Shown one piece after another: positions 8,662 through 18,030 of a DNA stretch of 64,000 nucleotides; position 1 is the stretch's first letter; the number at the start of each line of letters is the position of its first letter. Made by a program: the position numbers and the translations under genes. Where the stretch lies: positions 256,001-320,000 of the forward strand of contig CBDDCX010000006.1 of assembly GCA_965226375.1 (NCBI GenBank), in the 5' to 3' direction. The stretch is from Longimicrobiales bacterium (GTDB lineage Bacteria > Gemmatimonadota > Gemmatimonadetes > Longimicrobiales > Gaopeijiaceae). The notes under the pieces were generated by a model, which searched no databases, was not told the DNA's origin, and worked only from the letters and a program-made list of their open reading frames with translations.

Positions 8662-9856
8662 TTACGAGGCGTCGCCGAAAAAGCTCTGCATGTCCGGTGC
8701 CGCTGCTGGCGCTCTAGAAATCGCGAGTGGAATGCGCGGGTCGGGCCGGCGCATCGCCGAGAACCGCTCGATGGCTCGTTCCACTGCTCGCTGCTGGGCC
8801 TCCTCGTCCGGCTCCATCGACCAGACGCCGCGCTCCATGGTGGTGCCCAGCGCGATGCCGTCGGAGCGCGGCATACACCCGTACCTGTAATTCACCTCGG
8901 GCTGGGGAACCAGGAACGTGAGTTGCCCTTTGACCGGCATGAGCTCCTGGTCACCGAAGAGATCCCGTGAGCCGAGGGCCGTGCAGTTGATGACGACCGG
9001 CTCGTCCAGGCTCATGAGGTCTCGCGGGGCGTCGAACTTCCGGATGACGATTTTGCCCCCGAACCGGTGGAACTCGGTCAACATGGCGTCGAGGTAGATG
9101 GGCGGTTCGATCCGGATCGTGGGGCGGCGTGTGGCGTACGGTGTCTCGAACGGATGCTCGCCCGGGTAGAGGATTTCACGGCCCGTCTGGAGTTCGGCCG
9201 GCAGCAGAGTCCCTTCTCCGAACTCTCCCCGGTCGACCTCGGTGGGAAGCTCCTGTTGGGTGTTGTACGCGTCGATCCAGGAGACTCCGTAGTGCCGCCC
9301 GGTCATCAACTGGAGCTCCTCGTAGGCGATCTTCGCCGCGCTCCTGAATTGGACGGTCCATTCCGGAGTCGGGTCGTCGGACAGAAGCCCGGAGGTCGGG
9401 GTGAAGCCCCCCCACGCTTTGTTCGAGGTGGTGTCGGGCGGCACGGCCATCGCGTAGATGGTGACGTCGAAGCCGCGCCTCTGGAGCTGCCGGGCGGCGG
9501 CAAGGCCCACTGCTCCGGCGCCGAGGACAGCGGCGCGTCGTGCATCGTGCTCGATTGCCAGGTCGGCCGCCAGCGCTCCGGTGCCCCAGGAAAGCGACAG
9601 GCCGGCCCCGCCATGGCCGTAATTGTGGATGACGGTCTTCGCGTTTGTCAGCGCGGAGCACGAAACCCGACGGTCGGTGCGGACGCAAGCCGACCGTGGT
9701 CCGGATGACGCGCTCCCAAGAGGCCTCGACTGGCGCGAGGTTGAGCATGGGCCGTATAGGCTTTCCGCCGGGTCCACGATTGCGGACCGTACACCCACCC
9801 ATCCCCAGGCCCAGGGCGGCCATGCCGCCGGTCTTCAGCAGGGTGCGTCTGTCCAT
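8662..9856 (-). pseudogene. Tat-exported FAD-dependent D-amino-acid-oxidase-like gene, frameshifted near 9643
   Basis: MDRRTLLK Tat signal and VGLRP in one frame; IHNYGHGG, GAGAVG and VINCTALG in another; frames switch at ..GCT GAC AAA C GCG AAG ACC.. Confidence 0.85.
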
Positions 9857-9992
9857 GACATCTCCAGAGGGTAGCGAGAATGATACCGCCATGGCCGTCC
9901 AGTCAACCGGAGGGGCTCGAAGCTTACCCAGGGATGGCTTGCCGTATTCCGGATCTCTGAGAGATCGTCCACGGATTCGGCCCTGACCTACC

Positions 9993-12782
9993 CTACATGT
10001 TGATCCAGTAGTTCACCTTGATCAGGAAGATGTTGTCCGGCGGGAGGCCGAAGAGTTCGCCCGCGTCGTTTCCTAGGTCGAACGTACCTACCCCGTTGTA
10101 GCCTTCCTCGGGGTACTCCGAGCCCAGGATCCGCTGGGAGCGACTCTGCTGCCAGACCAGGAACAGAGTCGAGCCCGGGCTCCACTCCCACCGCAGTACG
10201 GCATTTCCGAGAAGGCTCTGATAGTTGAAGTCCCGGTCACTCACCGTGAACGGCTCGGCGGGTCCGCTGCCATCCGGATCGACGAGGTAGTTGCCGTCGT
10301 TACCCCGTCCGATGGTCCCGACATCTTCTCCGTAGGTCAGGAAGTCGAGGGTTCCGGGTGCCTCGAATTCCTTGAGGTTGCCGTAGTTACCGCGTGACAT
10401 GAACGGCTGGGCGAACAACTCGAAGGTGAGGGTCGGAGAGAACGTGATGTTCAGGCGGGTCTCCAGGGAGACGGTCGTCTGATCGATAGGTGCGAAAACG
10501 TAACGACGTCCGTACGTGGAAGTGGCGAACTCGTCGCCTACTGACGTGACGTACTGGGAAGCCGAGAAGCTTCGACTTACGTCCGGCCCGATCCGGAGCT
10601 CCACCTTCTCACCCGACTTGTACGTAAAGTTGATGTTGCCGCTGTGTTTCCAGGAACCGTCCTCCTTGAACTCCCAGTTGTAGCGGGTCCGGAAGCCGAG
10701 CGCCTTCCGGGAGTCGGAGTTGACGTTGACGTTGCCCGACACCTTGCTCGAGCGTCTGGCCATGGGCCCACCACGGGTCAGGCGGTCGTCGTAGGTCTCG
10801 AAGTCGTATGCGCCGCGCACAGACCCGCCCCAGTAGTTGAGAAGTTGGAACCTGAAGTTGCTGTTGAAGTTGGCGAAGATCAGATCGCCGTTCGAGTTCC
10901 ACTTCGCGTCGGGGCTTCCCCACATCCGCCAGTTGCGGAAGTGACGCCCGGGCCGTGGCTGTTGGTAGGAGATGTCCGTATCGACCACAATGCGATCGGC
11001 TTCCGTCTGGAAGCCCATATCGTTCACCTCGTATGCCGGGCTCATTGCCGCCATTGAGAGCTTCATCTGGACGTATCCGGACTGCTTGTTCAGGTCCACC
11101 ATGGCGTAGTATCCGGACAAGGACGTAGCCGTCGAGTCCACGCTCAGGTAGTCAGCATCGGGGCGCTGGAAGTACCGTGCCGAAGCGCGCTGAGTGCCGA
11201 TCATCACCTCTTCGCTTCCCTTGATCAGGCTGGACGCGAAGGCTCCATTGAGTCTCCACCCGCGATCTGCCCACTCGTGCTGGAAATCCAGGCCTGTGGT
11301 GTAGGCCGCTGTGCGGAGGTCCTCAGCGAGCGTCGGGTCGGTGATATCACGATTCACCGCGGTGACCAGGGCGCCGATCCTGGTCTGGCCGGCCCGCATG
11401 TCCCTTCGCGCCCTGCCCAATAGGTAGTTCGTGGCGGGCTCGATGATCGACGAGCCGTCCAGCCCGCCATCGTCGATGTAGTGAGCCGACTCGGCGCCGG
11501 TCACGGCGTCCAGGAGTCCCAGGGACCACCCACCACTCACCTTACCGGTGATCTTGGCCGCCCCACGGATCGTAGTGGCTCCAGGGGCGTCCGAGTACAC
11601 GGCGTCGGACGATACGCCACCCTGGGGCCGACGCCCGATCCGACGCGAGTAGAAGATCTGGGGAGCTCTACCGGTGCTGCCGCCCGGCCCACCCCTTCCA
11701 AATTCAAAAATCTCGGCGCCCTCGACGAAGAAGGGGCGTCGCTCCTGGAAGCGCGTCTCGAACGCCGTGAGGTTGATCACGGCCGGGTCCACTTCGACCT
11801 GGCCGAAGTCGGGATTCACCGTGGCGTCCATGGTCAGGTTCGAGCCGAGGCGGTACTTCATATCCAAGCCCGCTCGACCGAAGTAGTCGGAACCCGAACG
11901 GAACGGGTTCTCGAAGATCACGTCCGAACTTTGGCTTTGGGGAATGTACTCGGCGCTCATCCCGATGTAGGGCAACAACTCGAGCTTCTTGCCTCCTCCG
12001 ATGCCACGGATACCGGACAGGTGGCCGTACCGTGCCACGCCACCGCGCTCGAGTTTGGGCGTGAAAGAAAAGACGGCCCGTTCCTGCCGCCGGTTGATCG
12101 CTCGCTCTACCTGGATGCCCCAAGTCTGCTCCTCATCGGGGCTGAACCGGAGCTGCCCAAAGGGAATGCGAATCTCCACGAACCAGCCGTGGTCCGTAAT
12201 GGACGTAGCCACGTCCCAGATCGGGTCCCAGGAGGTGTCTCCCCCACCGAAACTACGGCCCCCTCCGAAGCGACGTCCGGACTGGACCTCGTCCCGTTTC
12301 ATACCAGACGGGTTCGTGGCGAATCGATACGCAGTCTGGTGATCGTGATAGCTGTCGAAATAGATGACGAAGAAGTCTGAGTCCGAGACGAAGGCGTCCC
12401 GCCGAGCCAGGCGCGTCGTGATCGGCTCCGAGTCGTAGAACCAGCCGCCGATGTATAGGGCGTCGTCGTCATAGAGGAAGCGCACCTCGGTGGGCTCACT
12501 GACGGGCGCGCCCTCGTTCGGATCGTTCTGTGTGAACTCCGTGATGGCTGGTGCTTGCCGCCAAACGGCTTCGTTGAGTGTTCCGTCGACATTGACGGGC
12601 ATGGTCGTACGGATCGCGACGGCTTCGGGAGCCTCGTCGTGAGGCCGAAGCGTCGTGGTGATCGGAGAGGCCGAGTTCTTGGCCTCCGAAGGCCCGATCG
12701 AATCCTGAGCGACCAGGCCGGCGGGGACGAGAATGAGGGCAAGCGCAAGGAGTGCGCTGGTCCACGAAATATATTGGCGCAT
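9993..12782 (-). CDS. DUF5916-like protein (N-terminal CBM9-like domain plus probable outer-membrane beta-barrel)
   Basis: Signal peptide; VDG.L.E..W, NPDFGQVEVD, F.ERRPFF.EG, FYSRRIG; C-terminal IKVNYW. Confidence 0.9.
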   Translation of the reverse strand: MRQYISWTSALLALALILVPAGLVAQDSIGPSEAKNSASPITTTLRPHDEAPEAVAIRTTMPVNVDGTLNEAVWRQAPAITEFTQNDPNEGAPVSEPTEVRFLYDDDALYIGGWFYDSEPITTRLARRDAFVSDSDFFVIYFDSYHDHQTAYRFATNPSGMKRDEVQSGRRFGGGRSFGGGDTSWDPIWDVATSITDHGWFVEIRIPFGQLRFSPDEEQTWGIQVERAINRRQERAVFSFTPKLERGGVARYGHLSGIRGIGGGKKLELLPYIGMSAEYIPQSQSSDVIFENPFRSGSDYFGRAGLDMKYRLGSNLTMDATVNPDFGQVEVDPAVINLTAFETRFQERRPFFVEGAEIFEFGRGGPGGSTGRAPQIFYSRRIGRRPQGGVSSDAVYSDAPGATTIRGAAKITGKVSGGWSLGLLDAVTGAESAHYIDDGGLDGSSIIEPATNYLLGRARRDMRAGQTRIGALVTAVNRDITDPTLAEDLRTAAYTTGLDFQHEWADRGWRLNGAFASSLIKGSEEVMIGTQRASARYFQRPDADYLSVDSTATSLSGYYAMVDLNKQSGYVQMKLSMAAMSPAYEVNDMGFQTEADRIVVDTDISYQQPRPGRHFRNWRMWGSPDAKWNSNGDLIFANFNSNFRFQLLNYWGGSVRGAYDFETYDDRLTRGGPMARRSSKVSGNVNVNSDSRKALGFRTRYNWEFKEDGSWKHSGNINFTYKSGEKVELRIGPDVSRSFSASQYVTSVGDEFATSTYGRRYVFAPIDQTTVSLETRLNITFSPTLTFELFAQPFMSRGNYGNLKEFEAPGTLDFLTYGEDVGTIGRGNDGNYLVDPDGSGPAEPFTVSDRDFNYQSLLGNAVLRWEWSPGSTLFLVWQQSRSQRILGSEYPEEGYNGVGTFDLGNDAGELFGLPPDNIFLIKVNYWINM

Positions 12783-12906
12783 AGTATCTATTATCCGGAG
12801 AATTACTTTCTTGGTGCGTCATGGAGGGGGCGTAGCGAGCTACCCCCCAATCCAAGACAGCCCAGAAAGATAAAACGTTGAGGGGGCAGAGCGGCAGGGT
12901 AGAGTC

Positions 12907-15110
12907 TTACGGGTTCGTGTCTGCGGGAGACACACGCAGCGTCTGGCGCACCGTGCCGGCCTTCTCCGATGACACCACCACGGTCACACCCACGGGGCGT
13001 TGCGGATTCACTGCCCGGACGGACCAAGAGACCTCTCTCGGCTCGGCGCTGCCTCCGTGGGTACCCGGGAGTACACCGAGGTCGGCAATGGACTCGCCGT
13101 CCACAACCTCGGCGTTTTCGAGCTCGAGGTAGACGCGCACCGGCTTGGCCGTCCCGAGCGTCTGAGCCGCCTGTACCGTCGCTGTGGCCATCCAGCCCAC
13201 GTTGGCAACCACGGCGTCGACACGGATGACGTCTCCTGCAAGACGAGTGGCGGAGGCCTGCCTGATGGCTACGCGCGGCGTCTTCTCGGCAAAGGTGAAT
13301 ACCCATCGGACGTTGCGATCGACTTCGGCGGCGATCATCGGCTCGGGGGGACTCGACGTCGACCAACGGTCCCATCCGCCCAACTCCACACGGCCCAGCT
13401 CGGGGTGATCGAACGGATACCAGTCGATGAAACCTCTCCCACCGAGCACTTGGTCGTTCCAGCTGAAGAGTGCGTCCTGACCTTGGCCGAGCGCGTGAGC
13501 CCACATTTCCGTGGTGATCGCCAGGACACCGAACACCTTGGATGCCCAGTCGTTGAAGACCCCGTGGCCGGGGCTCATCAGATCGACGATCGGCTTCTTC
13601 TCGACGGCGAAGTTTCGGTATCCGGTGAGCGCGATGCCATCCTCCGCTATTCCCCGGTACTCCTCAATGTCCGCCCTTGGAAACTCGAAGTCCTGATCCG
13701 CCAGGGTCGGGAAACGGAGAATGAGGCCGCCGCTGGTGTGGAACGTGTGGATGGCCGCGATGTTCGGCCGCGCGGTGATGTAGGCGACGAGCGCGTGGGT
13801 CTCGGGTTCGGAGAGCGGGAGGGGCCCGACGCGAATTGGGCCGCGCTCCAGTTGGCCGGGAAGTCACGGTTGAGGTCGACGCCTCCGACGCGGTCCTCGT
13901 TGAAACGACCGTCTCCGTCGTTGTCGATGCCCTCTCGCTCCATGCGGTATCTCGGCCTCGCCGCCGCGTCCCCCCGCACCATGCGCCTCGGATCGGTCGG
14001 GTGGATGGACCAGGACCCTTCCGGGTCCAGGAGGCGCATCTGGAGCATACGGCCGTCCCCATCGAGATCCTCGGGTGGATCTTCGTCCATGAGCCCGTCG
14101 CCGTCTTCGTCGACGGGCCGAATGTTCCAACGGTGGTTTGCCGGCGTGTCGACCGAAATGGCGCGGCCATCCGGGTTCACGATCGGGACCACATAGAACG
14201 CGCGTGAGTCCACGAGCTCCGTGATCTCCTGCTCCGTGCCGTATCGTGAGGTCAGCCTCTCTAGGAAGGCCAGTGCCCCCTCGCCCCCGAGCACTTCACC
14301 ACCATGGATATTCCCGTCCACGTAGAAGCCCGGCTTCTCGGCCGCGGGACCTGTGGCGGGGTTGTTGACGTCGACGGCCCAGATAGGCCGGCCGACTCGA
14401 CTCCGCCCGATCTCGTGCAGTGTCACGAGCTCGGGGTAGCGGGCGGCGACCTCCCCCAGATACGTCTCGATCTCAGCGAGCGTGTGGTAGTGGTCGAACG
14501 TGATCAGCGGTGCCTCCTGTGCCGTGATCGCCTGCGGCGGCGCCAGCAACGAGAGAAGCAGGTAGCTCCACCCGAGCCTCCCAGCGCCGACTGCCATCGC
14601 AGCCCCCACTGCCGACTTGACCGCCCCGCCCCCCACGAAAGGGGCCACGCCCTGCTCGAAGGCCGACGCGTAGCCGAGGGTGCCTCCCAGCCTCAGCCAA
14701 CCGAGCAGCAGAATCGCCGCGTGGCCCAGCACCATGGCCCCGAAGGCCGGAGCGAAGCGATTCAGGTGACCTCGTGCGGCGAGCCACCCCACCCCACCCC
14801 CCGCCACGGCGAAGCCGATCAGGTATCCCGCGGTCGGGCCCACCAGGTGCGTCCAGCCGGCCGCACCGTCCGCGAACACGGGAGCGCCGGCCGCGCCGAC
14901 CAGCAGATATGCGGCAATTGCCAGCGTTCCGTCCCTGCCACCGAGGAAGAACCCGACGAGCAACACGGCGAGGGTTTGCAAGCTTTGGGGGACGGGGGAG
15001 CCTGGGATGGGGACGCTGATTCGGGCGGCTACGCCGACGAGCACGACCGCGAGTAGGATCGCGGCGACGCGATGGGCGAGACGGGGTGGGATCCTCTTGG
15101 GCTCAGACAT
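12907..15110 (-). CDS. bioY: BioY biotin-transporter S component fused in-frame to an M14 zinc carboxypeptidase; frameshift near 13820
   Basis: PVPQSLQTLAV, Y..VG..G.PVFA, GPTAGYLIGF (BioY); then HGGE, NPDG, DLNRDFP; after the frameshift PLSEPET..IHTFHTSGG..TTEMW (M14). Confidence 0.85.
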
Positions 15111-15299
15111 CTTCTGGCTTCTGCTCCTGGAACCGATTGGGGAGGACAAGCTAGCCGTGACCCTTGGCCTGCGGCCACTGGGCTGAGGCACGGTGGCCCG
15201 AGGCCTCTTCGTGACACCCGGATTCCCGAGTTGACTAGGACCACCGTGCGACGGACGTTGCCAGATCGCCCCGACCGGGCGCTCTTGAGGAGGGAACCC

Positions 15300-17321
15300 A
15301 TGTCCGACGGATACGATCGCGATCTCGGGATGCACCGGAAGATCACGCGGCGGGACTTCGTGAGTGGCGTGGGTGTTGCCGTCACCGGTTCGATGTTCGC
15401 TCCCGGCCTTCTCTCGCCGCGCCAAGAGCTTTCATGGAAGGACCGGAAGTCGCTGGCGGTGCAGGAGTACTATCCTCCCGCCATGACCGGCATGCGGGGC
15501 AGCCATCCCGGCTCCTTCGAGGTGGCCCATGGACTGCGGGACGGGAACCCTTGGGCGGATGCGGGCCCGGAGGCAGATACCGGTGAGCACTACGACCTGG
15601 TGGTGGTCGGAGCCGGCCTGAGCGGCCTCTCTGCGGCGTACTTCTTTCAGACGTCGGCGGGGCCGGGAGCAAGGGTCCTCGTGATCGACAATCACGACGA
15701 CTTCGGAGGTCATGCGAAGCGGAACGAGTTCACCTACGGTGGCCGCACGCTGTTACTGAATGGCGGGACTTCGAACCTCGAGTCCATCAACCACTACAGT
15801 ACCGTGGCCAGGACGCTCCTGGGTGCTGTGGGCCTGGACCTGGAGAAGGCGAGTGCCGCCAGCGCGGCGAGCGGGCGTTTTTATCGATCGTTGGGCCTGG
15901 GGAGCGCCACCTTCTTTGCCGAGGAGACGTTTGGCGAAGATCGTCTCGTGAAGGGTCAGCCCGGCCGATCCGCCTCGAGCACCAACGCGGCGGCATGGAC
16001 AGAATGGCTTGCCCGGACCCCCATGTCACCCGAGGCGCGCCGGGATATCGCCTGGCTCCACGAGGGTGCGGCTGCCCATCCCGACCATTTGGCCGGGCTG
16101 TCGGACACCGACAAGAAGGAGCGGCTCTCGCGAATCAGCTACAAGGACTTCCTGCTTCGCATGGTCGGCGTACATCCGGACGTCATCCCCTTCTTCGACG
16201 ATCGGCCCAAGGGACTCTTCTGCGTCGGGATCGACGCGTATCCGGCGCTGTACGCCTGGGCCGACGGTAGCCCTGGCTTCCAGGGAATGAGCCTGGAGCC
16301 TTTTCCCCCCGTGGGCCCGCTCACGCACATCGGCGGGGGTCAGCACGGGCGGGAGACCGAGTTCGACGGTGGGCCCACAGTGAACCTCCCGGACGGGAAC
16401 GCCACCCTGGCCCGGCTCCTGGTACGGGCCATGATCCCGGATGCGTTGCCCGGCACGACCTTGGACGACTCCATCATGTCACGCCTGGCCTACGATCGTC
16501 TCGACCGCGAGGGGTCGGACGCTCGCATCCGGTTGAACAGCACCGTGGTCTCGGCGCGCCACGTTGGCGATGCCGACACGGCTCGAGAGGTCGAGATCAC
16601 GTACGTCCGGGCCGGTCGGGCCGAGAGGGTACGGGCGGACCACGTGGTCATGGCCTGCTACAACGGGGTCATTCCCCACCTGTGTCCCGAGATGTCGGAG
16701 CCTCAGAGGGAGGCACTCGCCTATGGGGTCAAGATGCCAATCGTCTACACCAGCGTTCTGATCCGGCAGTGGACGGCCTTTACCAACCTGGGTATCCGGA
16801 GCGCGAACGCGCCGGGAATGTACCATACCGGTATCAGCCTCGGTCGGGCCGTAGAGCTGGGCGACTACCGTCCGTCCCGATCACCCGACGAGCCTATGGT
16901 GCTTCACATGACGCGCACCCCGTGTGCTCCCGGAAGACCCAAGAAGGAGCAGCACCGAATCGGGCGTCAGGATCTCCTGGAGACGTCCTTCGAGACGTTC
17001 GAGCGAAAGATCCGGGACCAGATCGGTCGGACGCTGGCCGGGGGAGGGTTCGACCCGGCTCGAGATATCGAGGCGATCACGGTCAACCGCTGGCCTCACG
17101 GGTACGCGTACAGCTACGACACCCTGAACGACCCCATCGAGTGGGCACTTTTCGCTCCCGACGATCGGCCATGTGTCATCGGCCGGCGGCGTTTTGGGCG
17201 AATTTCCATTGCCAATTCGGACGCTGGGGCGACCCCTCATACCGATGCGGCCATCGACGAGGCCCACCGGGCGGTGCGCGAGGTCTTGAACGTCCGGAGT
17301 CGGGCGAGGGCCGAGGCTTAG
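15300..17321 (+). CDS. Tat-exported flavoprotein, spermidine dehydrogenase (SpdH)-like
   Basis: SD GAGGAGG; ITRRDF Tat motif; YYPP..TG.RGSHPGSFEVAH; GAGLSG; DNHDDFGGHAKRNEF; NRWPHGY. Confidence 0.85.
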   Translation: MSDGYDRDLGMHRKITRRDFVSGVGVAVTGSMFAPGLLSPRQELSWKDRKSLAVQEYYPPAMTGMRGSHPGSFEVAHGLRDGNPWADAGPEADTGEHYDLVVVGAGLSGLSAAYFFQTSAGPGARVLVIDNHDDFGGHAKRNEFTYGGRTLLLNGGTSNLESINHYSTVARTLLGAVGLDLEKASAASAASGRFYRSLGLGSATFFAEETFGEDRLVKGQPGRSASSTNAAAWTEWLARTPMSPEARRDIAWLHEGAAAHPDHLAGLSDTDKKERLSRISYKDFLLRMVGVHPDVIPFFDDRPKGLFCVGIDAYPALYAWADGSPGFQGMSLEPFPPVGPLTHIGGGQHGRETEFDGGPTVNLPDGNATLARLLVRAMIPDALPGTTLDDSIMSRLAYDRLDREGSDARIRLNSTVVSARHVGDADTAREVEITYVRAGRAERVRADHVVMACYNGVIPHLCPEMSEPQREALAYGVKMPIVYTSVLIRQWTAFTNLGIRSANAPGMYHTGISLGRAVELGDYRPSRSPDEPMVLHMTRTPCAPGRPKKEQHRIGRQDLLETSFETFERKIRDQIGRTLAGGGFDPARDIEAITVNRWPHGYAYSYDTLNDPIEWALFAPDDRPCVIGRRRFGRISIANSDAGATPHTDAAIDEAHRAVREVLNVRSRARAEA

Positions 17322-17920
17322 AATCCTCCTAGCTTGATCGTCAGTACCCCGGCCGGCCCGCCGATGTCGCTGTTGTCGAGGCTTATCAACTCCACGTCGC
17401 CCACAAATCTGTACGAGCCTCCGAACCCGATTCTGAGGTGCTTGGTCACATTGACGATCGCGTTCAGGCCGGGCTCGGTGACGAAGAATGCGTCGACGTC
17501 GTCCTCCCAGTCGTGAGGGCCCCCATAACGCTCCCACATGGTGCCTCCCGCTCCTATCAGAACACTCAAAGAGACGTGTGCAACCTCATGGGGCCTGACG
17601 ATATACTCGAGCTCGAGGCCGCCATACCCCATGAGCAACTCCCATCGGTTTCCGTCATCGTCGAAGAAGTCGTCAAAGTTCTCCTCGTTGACCAGGCCGT
17701 AGCCGCCCGCCCCGATTACGAACGAGTCGTTGATGATCCATCCTCCGCGTCCCCCGATCAGTACACCGAACTCGTCGGCGACCTCGGTGAACTTCACCAC
17801 AGGTCCGCCGAATCCCCCGTTCCGGATATCGCTCCCGAGCAGGGTCTGCACTTCCTGAGCGCCGGCGCTTGCAGCCACGGAACTCATCGCCAGGGCGATC
17901 AAAATATTCCTCAACATCAT
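17318..17920 (-). CDS. small outer-membrane beta-barrel protein
   Basis: Signal peptide; amphipathic Gly/aromatic strands; terminal Phe (IKLGGF). Confidence 0.8.
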   Translation of the reverse strand: MMLRNILIALAMSSVAASAGAQEVQTLLGSDIRNGGFGGPVVKFTEVADEFGVLIGGRGGWIINDSFVIGAGGYGLVNEENFDDFFDDDGNRWELLMGYGGLELEYIVRPHEVAHVSLSVLIGAGGTMWERYGGPHDWEDDVDAFFVTEPGLNAIVNVTKHLRIGFGGSYRFVGDVELISLDNSDIGGPAGVLTIKLGGF

Positions 17921-18030
17921 CCACTCCCCCGATTGAATTGCCCGCCTACTTCCATTATCAGAACGATCGACGCTCTGGTCCTCTGCCAGCACCCGTTGCC
18001 AGCTTCCGCCATCGGTATGAGGCTTATCCC

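Noticed and set aside
8662..9856. thiO partner for thiS-thiG
   Set aside because: It carries a Tat export signal, lies 19 kb away and has a permuted motif order; ThiO is cytoplasmic
15111..15425. N-terminal extensions of BioY (to 15425) and the SpdH-like gene (from 15072)
   Set aside because: They overlap the divergent gene; domain similarity begins at 15110 and 15300
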